A stretch of 63,175 bases of DNA, counting the filler, from Guillardia theta CCMP2712 (taxonomy: Eukaryota > Protista > Cryptophyta): assembly GCF_000315625.1 (NCBI RefSeq). It is 4 parts of 4 records of this genome, joined end to end, with 100 filler letters (N's around TTAATTAATTAA, not from the genome) between each part and the next. Parts side by side here need not be neighbours in the genome. Positions count along the whole stretch, not along the records: positions 24,364 to 44,350 come from NW_005434618.1; positions 44,451 to 60,887 come from NW_005434328.1; 2 more parts are not named here. The stretch is one strand, 5' to 3'. This document shows positions 38,268 through 51,700 of this stretch, in pieces. Each line of letters begins with the position of its first letter. Position 1 is the stretch's first letter. A program made the position numbers and the translations under genes. The notes beneath the pieces are model-generated. The model had not been told where the DNA came from and did no database searches. It worked only from the letters and a program-made list of their open reading frames with translations.

Positions 38268-41200
38268 CTGCCTTCGCTCTTCTTTCTCTTTCTCCTCTTG
38301 CATCTCCACCTCCTGCTTGTCCTCCTCGTCCCCCTCCCTCTCTCTTGCCTGTATCGATGGCTTTGTGTGCGGGTTGGCAAAAAGTTCGACGAGCGGCTGA
38401 ATGCCACAAGACCCCATGAGGATCTGCAGGAGGTTCAGGACAAGGAGGGAGAAAGCAGGGATGACGAGGAGGAGGAGGAGGAGGAGGAGGAGGAAGAGGA
38501 GGAAGAGGAGGANNNNNNNNNNNNNNNNNNNNNNNNNNNNNNNNNNNNNNNNNNNNNNNNNNNNNNNNNNNNNNNNNNNNNNNNNNNNNNNNNNNNNNNN
38601 NNNNNNNNNNNNAGGGTGATGACAAGGATGATCATGCTACTTATCATGTTGATGACCGTGATGGTGATGGTGGAGACGATGAAGCTCAACTACTCCATCA
38701 TGATCATCGTCGTCTTCTGCTCCCTCCTCCTCTTCCTCGTCCTCCTCTTCTTCCCCGGGTCATGCTCACCATCCTCCTACACCATGAGCAGCACCATCAA
38801 GAGGAGGGAGGCGGCGGAGGTGGAGGAGGAGGAGGAGGAGGAGGAGGCTCTAAGGGCAGAGAGCGGAGGAGCTGAGGTCATCAAAGGATCTCACGGAAGG
38901 GTTGATCTGAGCGATGGCTGCTAGAGCAGGAGAAGCTTCTTTCTGCAGCTCAAGACAAGAACCATCGACTGCAATGTCGAGAAGCAAGTCGAGAGTCTCG
39001 TTACTCGTCCTGTACAGCTTTCAGCGTCTCCTGTTCCTCCTTCTCTCCCTCCTCCTGTTCCTCTTCCTCGTCCTCCTTCTTCTACTCCCCCTCCCCTCCT
39101 CCTGTTTCTCGCTTCATCCTCGTCCTCGCCTCGTCCTCGTTCTTTGCTTCCCCTTCCCCTCCACAAGCTTCACCGGCTTTCACACAAGTTGATTCCTGAG
39201 CGAGGAGACTTGGATGGCTTGCAGGAGGAGGGAGGGCGAGGAGTGAGCGGAGGATGCGCATGCTTCTCCTCCATGACCCATCGCGCTCCTCGCGAGGACA
39301 GAAGTCTCTTCCTGCTCCACCCGGTGAGTCTCTTGATAGCGAAAGCTGAAGGGAGAGAAGAGAAGGGGGAGGACGAGGGGGAGGAGAGGAGAGGAGAGGA
39401 GAGGAGAGGAGAGGAGAGGAGAGGAGAGGAGAGGAGAGGAGAGGAGAGGAGAGGAGAGGAGAGGAGAAGGGCTCGTTACCGATGCAGACGAGGAAGGTAA
39501 TTCCACATGTTGCTCAAGCTTTAAGGCCTTTTTCTTCTCTTGTGCCGCCTGATCCGCAAGACACCATCACTATCCTCCTCCTGCCCCTCTCCCTCCTCCT
39601 CCTTCTCAGTTCCCCCTCGGCCTTGTCTTCTTCCTCCCTCACTCTCTCTCACCCTGAAGATCCGGTTCTGCTGGTTTTGGATGAGACTGAAAACCAGGCA
39701 GAATGAGAAGACAGTGGCGGAAGAGGAGGAGAAGGACACGAAGGAGAAGGAAGAGGATGGGAACAGGAGGAGGAAGAGGATGGGAACAGGAGGAGGAAGA
39801 AGACACAAGGAGGAAGACGATGAAAGAAGAGGATGGGAACAGGAGGAGGAAGAAGACACAAGGAGGAAGACGATGAAAGAAGAGGATGGGAAGAGGAGGA
39901 GGAAGAAGACACAAGGAGGAAGACGATGAAAGAAGAGGATGGGAATAAGAGGAGGAGGATTGTCTCATGGTTTACCCCCTGACAGCCTTGGCAAATGAAG
40001 ATGTCTCCATGCTGAGCGGAGAAGTAAGATCCAGTCAGGAAGCAGGCAGATGACAGTGAGAGTCAAGAGGAAGAGGAAGAGGAAGAGGAAGAGGAAGAGG
40101 AAGGGAAGAGGAAGGGAAGAGGAAGGCGGGGAGGAGGGAGGAGAGGGGAGGAAGGAGGATGAGGGGAAGGGATGGATGGACTGACTTGACTCGGATGATG
40201 ATTCTTCCCTGCTGCTGCACCTTCTCCTCGCTCCTCGACATCCTGCAGGCAGCCCAGCTCAGCCCCAGCAGGTGTCAAGGAGGTTCCTCCCACCTGGGCT
40301 TCTCCACCTCGAGCTCTGCCTCGAAAGCTCCTCTGGCCTCGGACTCCTGCACAGACGTCAGCTGGTCCTTGTCCCCAGCTCCTGCCCAGGTGTTGCCTCA
40401 ACGATCGTCTGCAATGTTGTTTCTAACTTGCCGATCGTCACATTCAGCCGCGCAGTCTCCTTGTCCGAAGTTATGTCTGCCTGACGTCAATCCCTGTACC
40501 CTCCCCTCCCTCCTGCCCCTGCCCCTTCCTCTCCTTCTCGTTTCGCCACCTTCCCTCTCCCTGCTCTCTCCCTCTCCCCTCTCCTCACCCCCCCCCCCCC
40601 CACTCGCTTTCGCTCTCTCTCTCCTTTTCTTCCTCCTCCTCGTTCCTCACCAGGGTTGTCAAACACGCAGAACTTGAGCGGCTGCGACTTGTCTGGCCCG
40701 TGATATCGGATCCTCATCACCTTCTGGAACTTGGGGCAGGAGCTCTCCGTAACCCTCTCAGTCCGGAAGGCCTGCGAGCATGTCGTCATGATGATGAAGA
40801 GCGATCCTGCTGCTGCTGCTGCTGCTGCTTGTCCTGCTCCTGCTCCTGCTCTTCCTCCTGCTCTTCCTCCTCCTCTTCCTCCTCCTCTTCCTCCTCCTCC
40901 TCGTACTTCTTTCCATAGGTCGTTCTTATCGAAGATCAAGTCAGGATGCTTGTACACCACGCAGATCGGGTCGACGCAGATGGCTCGCGGCAGCAGCGGG
41001 AGGTCCTCGCAGGCGATGGAGAGCTCGATCACCTTGCTCACGTCCTTCTTCGGCACCTTCAACCCGCTCCGGTTGAACTGAACGTTGAGAGATTCGGTGG
41101 CAAGAATGTCAGTCAGGTCGTACTTCCCCCGCACAGCGTTGTGCAGCCTCGTCTCGTTCTTGAGGAGCGCGAGCACGTTCCTGTTCTCCAGCTCCTCTGC

Positions 41201-41401
41201 ATGCAGCAGGAAGGTGTTGTCGTGCATGCCGGACGTGTACTGCTCGTAGATGGGCTGACTGCTGAGACTTCTCCAGGTCTTCCTCGAGCCCTCCATGCTC
41301 GCAGGCTCAACGGAGGCGACGCGAGGGGAGAGGAAGGAGGTGTCGGCATGAAGCAGCTCGTAGAAGTTGGAAGGCTTCCCTGTCCTCCTCCTCCTCAACA
41401 T
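33802..41401 (-). CDS. Large multi-exon protein: copine-like C2 domain, ARM/HEAT repeats and Sfi1-like W-containing C-terminal repeats (could be two genes)
   Basis: IELSIACEDL...DPICVVY...WKE.FRTERVTESSCPKFQKVMRIRY...QPLKFCVFD...IGKLETTLQTIV (C2). LLELGVFKRLSCLLLSSSPEVSRGAAAVF (ARM-like). SFSRWKEA, CFSVWKSL, RAFHKWCKY. The exon chain continues through microsatellite introns. Confidence 0.6.
39700..39950. repeat. Degenerate ~50-bp purine-rich tandem repeat inside an intron
   Basis: Recurrent GAAGAGGATGGGAACAGGAGGAGGAAGAAGACACAAGGAGGAAGACGATGAAA units. Confidence 0.7.
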
Positions 41402-41773
41402 CCTACCCCCCTACGTCTACCGGCATGTGGACATTTACTGATTCACGACCGTTGAACAAAAGGTCAAAAAAAACGTCAAGGTACAACCGGCCGTCAAACT
41501 TTCTACAGGCTCACTGTCAGAGCAGAAGGAACAGGCCGACTACCCGAGAGATTACGGCAGGTCCTCAGACGTGGCCGCGACCTTGTCCGATCTATCACCT
41601 GACTGTCTACAATTCACTCAGTTGTGAACGAGTGTCCGTAGTCAGGCATGTATAGAGCAAAGTTGAGTTAGAACGGGCCTGGAGGTCGAATCGTTCCAGC
41701 AAGTATGTGACGGTATAAAGGATAATTCATAGAGATCTCATCGACTTCCTACACTCATTTCTCCATCACACTC

Positions 41774-44033
41774 CTATGGTACATCTCTCAACATCGTCCA
41801 CGCCCATCTGTCGTCATTGCTCAAGGCGAGGCAGAGTACCTGAAGGACCTGGCGGCTCCCTGAGGGTTCAGATCGACCTGACGGATTCGTTACACTTCTT
41901 AGCAAGGAAGGAGAGGACGAACACCTCAGACAGCCCGGGATCACTTCGATCTGCACCGAGCGGCTGGAAAGAAGGCTTCACCTGAACCTGCAATGGACAT
42001 CATTCGCAGAAGCGCCTCGATATAGAAATGTTGTCACTTCGGTCTGAGAGGGGAAGATGGTGAAGGCGGCCGGCAGATCATCGTCGAGCTGAAGCTGAAT
42101 AGAAGGGAGGAACTCCTTGTTGTGCCGGACGAGGAGATTGTCATCCTGCAACAAGAAATCGATCAGTCCAGACGTGAAGGATCACCAGAAAGAAAGAGAG
42201 AGGAAGGGAGGGAGGGAGGAAGGGGAGGGGGGAGAGAGAGGGAGGGGAGGGAGGGAGGGAGGGAGGGCAGTAGATCTCATGATTGACAAGCCATCATGAG
42301 GAAACAGCTTTTTTGATGTTTGTTTTACCAAGGACGGGGTTCGCAAGACTTGACTCTCCTTTGAGATCTTTCAGAGTCATGAGTCGTAAGTCGAAATTTC
42401 CACAAGACAATCTCTTACGATTCCAGGGGAAGCCAAGTACAGGGCCTTGTCCTGCACGTAATGACTCGAATCTTGACACTTGAAATGATTCAGTACCTGA
42501 CGGTGGGGGATGGTAAAGTCCAAGTTCTTCTTTGCAGTCCCATACTTTTGACTCCTCCTGAACTCAGAGTTGAACTCAAACTGCATCAGGTTCTGCTGGT
42601 ATATGAGGGCGTCAACTTCAAGCATCGACAGCCCATTGTCGGTCCTCGTTGGACTACTGCGGATCTGCCGACTCGTGTCAGCCGCAAAGAAGCCTCCAGG
42701 AGGAGAACGTGCCATGTCGAGCTCGAGGTTGTGACTGTGCTCGAGTCGTCGGACTGCCACCATGAAGCATCAGCAGCGTGTTTGTCACTTGGTCGACTCC
42801 TTCGACATCACCAGCAGTTTCGATCATCTTCGTCTCTGCTATCAGGTACTCGTCCACTCGCTGCAAGGGCATGTCATCCATCAGGCTTCGCGCATTCGAC
42901 GTCATACCTGGAGGGCCATGCTCACTTGCACAGCCTCCTGCAGCCTCCGCTCTAGCTGCTTCTTCTCTGCAGGGCAGCTCACAGCTGGGTCATGCGCAGA
43001 CTTCATCACCTTCTTCCGCCAGCTGCAAGGCTGCGTTGAGCTGAGAAGAGTATGCGTCATCAACGACGTCTGCAGGTCAGAGCAGCCTAACCCGCTCGCA
43101 TTCTGCCGTATGAAGCTCGTCCATGAGAGCGATCTGATTCACGTAGCTCTGCCATGCGCGTGAGGGCTGGCGGCATGCCGGCATCAACCTCCACCTCCTT
43201 GATGTTCTCCAGCAGGCTTTTCTCCCTCTCATGCTTCAGGATCTGGTCAGCAGGTCAGCTAGAGAGTGGCCGACCAGTCCCCATCGCCCTACGTGCTCGC
43301 TCGAAGACTTCTCTTGGAGCTGCGAAACACAGTGACCGGGGTTCACGTTGCATGCAGCATGATCACCTGCTGGAGCCGTTCTTCGTAGTCCCTCTGCAAC
43401 AGCAAACTCAGTGCGGTCAAACGACAGGGAGGACTTGATACTTTGGTCTCCTGAAGCAGGTTGAAGTAGAGGGAGGCAAGCTGCTGCTGCTGCTCGCTTC
43501 CTTTCCCTCCGCCATATCCACCGCCATCGCCGTATAGCTGCAAGCGGGTTGACTGGAAGGCTTCTTCTAGTTGAGGGTCAAGGACCTGGTGGTTGTGCTG
43601 AGATACCAGGCGCTTCAGCTCCTTCAGTTCCATCCTAGCACATGCTCAGACTCCTTGTCAAGACTGTTGGATGCTGACTTGACGATCTCGAGGGCTTGCA
43701 CCAACCAGACATCCATCTGCGCCTTAGAATCAGTCGAGCTCTCACTGACAGCAAGCAGACCTGCTCTCCCCCCGTCACCTTCTCTTCCATGGACATCACG
43801 AAGGACAGCAGCCTCATGATTGCGTCATCGACGGGCTCGCTACTTCTTCCTCGGTCGTTGTTGGTGCTCGCCTTCAACCCGATGCTCGTCTCTGATTCGA
43901 CAGCTTGGACATAGAATGTTCGTGCTGACTCATCGGCAAAATCTCTTGTCCTTTCACTCCCGTGCGGTTCTTGTTCTTGTTTGTCGAAGGCACTGAGATT
44001 GAGCAGCCCTTGCAGCCCTCGTGTGAAATCCAT
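41774..44033 (-). CDS. Multi-exon hypothetical protein with a central coiled coil
   Basis: Chain of minus-strand ORF pieces separated by ~45-60 nt GT-AG introns. No family recognised. Confidence 0.5.
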
Positions 44034-44538
44034 CGCCTCCTCTCCGATTCCCCTCAGTCGGAAGTCGCGCACATCTACTCAGAAACGAGGACACGTCAAC
44101 TCCCAAACTTTGATTGCCTTACCGGCTCAGATAAGTAGTCTCTAGGACTTGGAGTGCTTCCTTCTCCTGGACTGACGTTCTCTTTGTCTCCCTGTCCTCA
44201 ACTGTGCTTCTCTCCTGCTGCTGCTGCTGCTCCTTCACCTCCTCCTCCTTCACCACCACCACCACCACCACCACCACCACCACCACCACCACCACCACCT
44301 CCTCCTCCTCCTCCTCCTCCTCCTCCTCCTCCTCCTCCTCCTTGTCCTCCNNNNNNNNNNNNNNNNNNNNNNNNNNNNNNNNNNNNNNNNNNNNTTAATT
44401 AATTAANNNNNNNNNNNNNNNNNNNNNNNNNNNNNNNNNNNNNNNNNNNNGGAGGGGAGGGGAAGAGACGATGAAAGGAAGCAAAAGCGAGGACAGGACA
44501 GGATATGACAGGAGGCGGGGAGAGGTAGCAGTACCGAC

Positions 44539-45116
44539 AGGCCTTGGAGCGGTAGAATACGTTGGTGTCCTCCAGGTACTTCATGATCTTGGTGACCTGC
44601 TGGAAACTCTCGATAGTCGAGTAGTTCCTTCAGAGAATGGGCGTTCAGTGAGGAGAGGAGAGTGAAGAGGTGAAGAGGGAGGGAAGAGAGAGGAGGGGGA
44701 GGGAGGAAGTGGAGGAGAGGAGGTAGGAGGTGGGAGGGAGGTGGTGAGAGGGAGTAGGGGGCTTACGAGCTTTTGGATGTGGAAGTGGAGGGTCGTTTCA
44801 TTGGCACTGATCTTGTCAGACTTCGGGGTGTATCCTTTACTCCAGCATCGTCTCAAGGTCTTTCTGCTGTATAATTGAGCTTCCCTTCTATTCCTCGTTA
44901 CTGCCAGAATGCTCTTCGGTTAGGAACATAGACTATCCCACTCTTCCTGCTGGTCCGCATTCATTCTATTCTTGCACCATGATTCACTCAGTTGGTTTGA
45001 ACAAAACTTTGGTTCAATCCCTCCTGCAACTGCACGCTAGGGAGAAAACCAGGCTCCCTCCTTCGGACTCGTTTCATTCTTAGCCATGCTCTCCCATTCC
45101 TACTGTCGTTCTCCAT
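44539..45116 (-). CDS. 5' exons of a hypothetical, possibly HEAT-repeat, gene cut by a gap
   Basis: The spliced reading ...SKSS/NYSTIESFQQVTKIMKYLEDTNVFYRSKACR is followed by a donor and then the gap. Confidence 0.35.
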
Positions 45117-45184
45117 GACTGGGTACACAAAAATTCGCATAATATGCTTCTCCTCCTGCTCCTGCCCCTGCTCCTGCTCCTGCC

Positions 45185-45215
<31 letters not shown>

Positions 45216-46749
45216 GTCCTCCTCCCCCTTCCCCTTCAATCCTCCTGATCCTCTTTCTCCTCCTTCTGCTTCTTCTGCTCCATCTCCTCCTCTTCCTCGC
45301 TCCTCGTCCTCGTCCTCCTCCTCGTTCCTCTCCTCCCAGTTCTCCGACTGGAAAAAGATGTCTGTAAAAGTTAAAATGAACACCGTAAAGGTAAAAAAGA
45401 ATTTGCTTTCTTCAAACGTTTCTATAACGGTCGATGGTATAGAATGGGTGGGTAGTCTAGTGGGTAAAAGGGGGTGGGGTAAGAGACAGGCAAGGGGTCA
45501 TCTGAGGTGATATTGTTGTGAAAAAACAGGGTAGGGTCTTTGTTTAACCCCTCCTATCCTGTCAAATTTTGTGGAAATTTATAGGTGGGGGTAGTTCCAA
45601 ATGTCTTGTTTGTGGTCCCGAGGCGATCTGCAGATGTGGGTAGGGGACTAGAAGCCTCTAGTAAGGGGGGTAGTGGCGATAGGGGTGGTCGGTCAAAAAG
45701 CCGGCCGGATGCGGTTTGTATTTTTGGGGTTTACACCGTATGGACAAAATTGAAATGAGAACTTTAAGTTTGAAAAGTAGAGTGATAATTTCTTTTAGTT
45801 AAATTTTATTGAGTAGAGATTTCGAGTTCATTTTTCAAAGATCTCGAAATTTCAATTCAAGATTTTCAAGGAAGCGGCATAATGAGATTTGATGGTGGGG
45901 GTGAATTTGGGGTAGGTGACAGATTGAAAAGGTGGGTCAATCTAATGACTACCCCTTATATGTATGAAAATGAGTGCATCATAGGAGGGGTACTTTCATT
46001 GTCATTGGTCAGAACAAGGGGTGTCAAAATTCAGGAAGGGGTGGGGGTTGCCCTGTGTGATTATGGGGGTAGGGTAATCAAAGGGGTTCAGTGCATGGCG
46101 GTGCAGTGTGAGAAAGATGGAGGAGGGGAGGAGGAGACGAGAGGAGGAGAAGAATAGGACAGAGGATTGAGATGACGATGTGCTCGATTGATAAGAGGAA
46201 GCAGCCGCATGGTCGAGAGCTCTGCATTCGCTCATATGAGGGAAGGAACATGGCTGGATTTCGACAGTCACTAGAGGCGGATATGGTGCAGTAAGAATGT
46301 TAGAATAGGCCACATAGAATGACCGGAGGAAGGCAATACATAACCGTCGTTGTGACTGCATGTGCGCAAAAAGAGTGTCTGCAACAAGGGGCTATCGTTT
46401 CTAACGTATGGATGGGGACGGAGAGTAGGAGGTTTCTTCCATTCCAATCCTAGCTACCAGACTATACAGATAGCAGGCGGAAAAGCGTTTGTCGGAATGT
46501 CGAGTGCCGCATTGACACGAACACTTGCTAGGACTATGCATGAATCTCAATGCACATCCAAAACTTCTCACTGTAGTTTGTAACCGACAATGATATCGTT
46601 TATGCGAGGTTTCACTTGAATTCAGTTTCACTTGAGTATGGGCTCGGCATCATATTTTCCCTTGCCAACCAACATTTGAACTTCTTAGAGCTTGACTTAT
46701 CCTGGCTGCTGACTGTTTGTGTGCAGCACTTGTTGCTGTGCTGTTAGCA

Positions 46750-48137
46750 TGGACAAGCCTAGTAGGAAAGGGGACGCCCTGGTTCGATCCTAAGAGGGAC
46801 GGGTCTTGATTGATGTCTTCGACGTGGACTGAGAGGGACCAGTGGACACAATCGTTCTCCTCTGAGATTGGCGATGAGGTCTTGCCATGAGCATGAGCTT
46901 TTCGATTTCTCGAATGATGACCTCCTTAGCTGGGGGCCACTGGAAAGCGAGCCAAGTCTCCCGAGGAAGCGAATGGTCTCCCCCTGTACGATGAGCATGA
47001 GATCATGATGAACTTTGATAGATGATGATTCGGAGCAAGGGGACAACTCTGCTGGCTCTGAGGTCAGATGAGCTTGCTGCAGGTTTGTCTCTGTGCTCGC
47101 TGACCGTGGAACCAGAGCTCTCGCAATCGATACAAGTGCGGTCGATGCGGCCAACCAAAGAAAGGGCACACTTGTTTCAAGCTGAAAGAAGCCAAAGGTC
47201 CTGTCATCCTTGTCCGAGGCTTCAATGACGGTGGGTCTGCAGACGAGCTGTGGAGCGGCGATCCTATGGTCAACTATCATAACGTCAGGCTGGACAAACG
47301 TCAGCACCTCAAGTCAAAGTTGATCGAACGACTGTCTCGCCGTCTACAATCTGCTGGAATCCCGACAGGAAGCGGCTACTCCTTCGACAGCAGGTGGCGA
47401 TCGACCTCCTCGTGCTCGTGCTCACTCTCTCGATCGCTTCCTGGCAGATTCATGCCCTACATGGCCCCCTACCACCCCTGGTCAGGGCCTCCTCCCTCCA
47501 TGCCACCATTTCCAGGTATGTTCGCCTCCTCCTTCCTCAAGACGACTGAAGCTTGTTTGAAGGATTCAACCCTAACATGCGCTTCGGTGGTATGCCTGGG
47601 ATGATGCTCCAAGTATGAGCTCTCGCCTCGTACCCTCGTCCTCCTCCCCTTCCCTTCCTGCCTTCCTTCTTTTCCTCCCTTCTTGCCAGACATTATCTCC
47701 ATCCTCTGCCATCCTGCCATGTTCGCTCCTATTCCACCAATCCCATTCCTTCTGCCTGTTCACTAACATCCCCCTGCTCACTTTCACTCTCAGAGCCCCG
47801 TTGGTTTCGGTCAGGGTCCTCATGGCGTTCCGGGAATCTCTATACCCATGAATTTCGGTCCTAACGTGTCCTCCGGGCCCATCACGCCGCTCATGGGCAT
47901 TGCGGGAATGCCGTACGGAGGTGATGGGGAGAGGAAGAGAGAGTTTTTGGAGAGGAAGGAAAGGGCTGAGGCGTGACCAGATGGTGGAGGGTACGGGGAC
48001 ATGTCTTGGCAGGAGCCTCCGAGCGTCAATGGTGCGATCATCCCACGGTGAGGGAGGCGAGTGACGAGCGTGTGGCCTCAGGATCGGGAGACAAGCAGAA
48101 GAAGAGACATAAGGCAAACATGAAAGAAAACAAGTGA
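46750..48137 (+). CDS. Multi-exon hypothetical protein with Pro/Gly/Met-rich low complexity
   Basis: Short exons with GT-AG introns, e.g. HLKSKLIERLSRRLQSAG and FMPYMAPYHPWSGPPPSMPPFP. Confidence 0.4.
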
Positions 48138-48761
48138 AGCTGCTTGTTGGACCTCCGCTGCTGAAGGATCATGACGACAGTCTCCCCTCGCCCCCTCCCC
48201 TCTCCCTCTCCCTCTCCCTCTCCCCTCTCCCCTCTGTATTCTTTGAAAACGTTTTTCTTTCCAAGTTTTAACGCGCAAACAGCATTTTGACAATGAGTTG
48301 ACAATGGAAGGTTAATAAATGAAATCCCTTACTCCACTGCGGCCCGATGATGTAACGGTGAGAAGGGGAGAGGCAGAAAGGAGGATGTGGTGGAGGAATG
48401 TAGACGAGTAGCGGATGTCGGGCTTCAAGCCCAGCAGGGCCCAGCCTCTGGCACTCTAAGACACGGCCAAGTCGGACTGGCAGCTGAGTGGAGTTGCAGT
48501 CACTACGGTGCTGGTTCTGTTGTAGCAGTTGCAGTCTGAGTTGCAGTCTGTTGCAGTGCAGGTTGCAGTGCGGCAGGCGGGACTGGGAGGGGATGGGGGG
48601 CGAAAAGTGTCGGGGCAAGGGAATGCACGAAGGGGAGTCAGGATAGGAGGAGGATGTGAGAGGAGAGGAGGAGAGGAGGAGAGGAGACAGGAGAGGAGAA
48701 CATCACAAGAGGATTTGAGAGGAGAGGAGGAGGAGGAATCCTGGCTGCCTGACACTGCGAC

Positions 48762-51700
48762 ATGGCGATGGATGGTGTGTTTCGGCAGGGAAGGATTTCT
48801 GTCCTCGCCCTCGCATGCCTGTGGCTCGTCTCCTGCAGCCATGGCGCTCAAGACTTCCGTGTGCTCCAGGAGTTCTCTCCTCGTCCTGCGCTTGCTTATC
48901 TCAACTTCTCCTTCAACGCCGACGCCTTCGTAGCATGCAGGCAGCGCGTCCTGTCGTTGGTGATGGCAGGAGAGAAGGCGAGGACAGGGGAGGAGGTGGA
49001 GGTGGAGGTGGAGGTGGAGGTGGAGTTTGCTGTCTTGAACCTCATCATGGGAGAATCTGCCGGACGTGTCCTCGTGTTCTTGGATGGTATAAACGTCGGA
49101 GAATGTCCAGCTCAGGTGTGCAGCATCAGGATCGCCGGAGGGGCTCTGGGGGCAGGAAGCAGCCGCGAGCTTCTCCTGTCCTTCATTGCGTCCGAGCAGA
49201 CGCTGGCGGCTCAGGTGGCTGTCGCTCTTGGGACGACGATCCAGATCGAGCTCGAGCAGCGGGGGGGGAACGGGGACGGAGGAGCAGCAGAGCGACTGAG
49301 AGCAGGGGAAAGGTTCAATGCACTTCCGTGCGTACAGCCAGCGGGAGCCGAGGAGGAGGAGGAGGATGGAGAGGAGGGAGATGGGCTAGCGAGGGACGGG
49401 AGGGCAAGCTAGAGGAGCCAGAGAGGCTTGCAGGGGAGGGGGAGAGCCATCAGGTTCAGAACGACTTCATGAGGGATTTCGTTTCCTCACACTTCAATAT
49501 CCGTCGGGTCCTGGAGATTGGGTTCCATGCAGGAAAGTCGTCCAGGGCCTTGTTGGCGGCAAGGCCAGACGTGCATGTCACTTCCTGCGACATCGGCCGC
49601 CATGGCCACGAGGAAGCGTTCTGGACCTTTACCATCAACCAGTTCCCTCGCCGCCACTCGCTCGTCGTCGGTGACTCGGCACGAGCCATCCCAGCGTTTG
49701 CAAGGATGAACCAGGTGACAGCGATGTCCTCCCCTCCTCTGCCTCCCCCGCCTCCTCCTCTTCCTCTTCCTTCTCTTCTCCTCCTCCTCCTCTTCCTCTT
49801 CCTCCTGCTTCTCCTTGTCCTCTCCTCTGGCTCCAGCTCCTTAACATTGTTCCATCCTACCTCAACCTCCTCCGTCTCCTCCACCTTCTTTCCTCCCTGT
49901 CCCCCTTGTCCCGCCGCTCACAAGCATGCAGCTTCAAACCTTCGACCTCTTCTTCGTCGACGGCGGACATACGCTGGAGCAGGCGCACTCGGACATGATC
50001 AACTGCCAGGCACTGGCAAGGAGGAGAGCAGGGGAGGAAGCGTCTTCCGTCGTGATGATGGACGACTTGACCCCCTGGGTCTACTGGGGACGGGGCCCGA
50101 CAGCAGCATGGGAGCGGGCGATGGAGGAGGGAGTGATCGAAGGGGTGGAGTTCTACAGGCAGAAGACGACAGAGGAGCTGCTGTGTGTCTCCGATGAGGA
50201 GAGAGGAGCTGGAGCTGGAGCTGGAGCTGGAGCTGGAGCTGGAGCTAGAGCTGGAGCTGGAGCAGCAGGGGGGAACGAGGAGGGGACATGCAACAACACG
50301 ATCGGGTGGGTGAGGATGAGTGCGAAAGAGTTCGAGGAGCTGAAGGAGAGGTACGGGGAGCTGCGCAGCTCTTTCAACGGATCGGACGAGCAGTTCGAGA
50401 CTATCAAGGTGAGGAGGGAGACGGGGAGACTTCGCTGAATGAGGTTGTGCAGGTGTGGGCTGTTGGGAAGTTCACTGGGAGGGGTGGGGAGAGGGAAAGA
50501 GTCGAGCCTTTCGTGATGGAGGTGAAGCACGAGGGAGCGATGTTGAAGTCCGATGAGGGAGAGGCAGGGAGGCAGGAGCAGGGAAGTGCGCAGACTTTGG
50601 GTGAGAGGTCAAGGGGAGGACAGGAGGTTGGGGATGGAGTTGCGGTCTGCGTGATCGGCAAGGAAGAAGAGATCGACGCTCTCCTGCTCGCTACTTCCAC
50701 CATCGTCAGCATGTTGCCAGGGTGGTCATTACAGGTGAAGATCAGGAGGAGGAGGAGGAGGAGGAGGAGGAGCAGCAGCAGCAGCAGCAGCAGTCTGCAT
50801 AGGAGGAGGAGGAGAATGACGTTGGATTGCAGATATTCTACATCGGGAAATTTGGAGAGGAGCTCAAAGTCCGAATGAAGCCTGTATTCACTCCTACTTG
50901 CTCTAGAGGGTGCGGGAAAGGCTGAGAGTGAAGCAGATGCTGCAGCTGCAGGATATGCAGGAGAAAACTAGCTTCATCGAGATCCCCGAGCGCGTCAACG
51001 GTTTCCCTCCTCTACCTTACATCTCCTCTTCGTCCGCTCTCATTCTCCTCCTTTGCTACATCCGAACTCTTACTCTTTCTTCAATGCTCGCTCCTCCTTC
51101 CCCTCCACCTTTGTTGTAATCCTTCCCATCCTTTCCTCCCTCCCACCGCCATCCCCCCCCTTGCTCGAATTCTCTAACGCCTCTCCCTCTCTTTCAGAAC
51201 GCTTCCTTCGCAACGAGACGAGCAACGAGCTCTGGCACTCGCACCACGACCATCCCGATGGAGGGATGAAACTGCTGTGCGAGCGGGGAATTCACTACGA
51301 CACGCTCCTCAAGACGCGATGGTCTGCTCATTGACTGTGGGGGAGGAGATCGTTGGCTCAAGGACCTGCGGCAGGTTCTGGGAGCAGGTGGAGCAAGAGA
51401 AGGTCCTGATCTATCAGGCCGACAGTCTGTTGTGTAGAGATGCAGAGCTTGACATCGAAGCTTTCCTCGAGTTCGACTATGTCGGGGCCCCGTGGAGGTG
51501 AATGGCTGCTGCTGCTCTGTCCCCTGATGCTCCGCTTCCTCTTCTCATGCTGCTGTTCCTGCTGCAGGCAGGGGGCATGCCCACACGACAACGACAGGAG
51601 TGTTTCGATTTGCATGCATGACTTCATCCAGATGGTATTCTGCTCCTCCCTCCTTCCTCCTCTCCTTTTCCTCCCTTCTCTTGCCATACCCCCTCATCTT

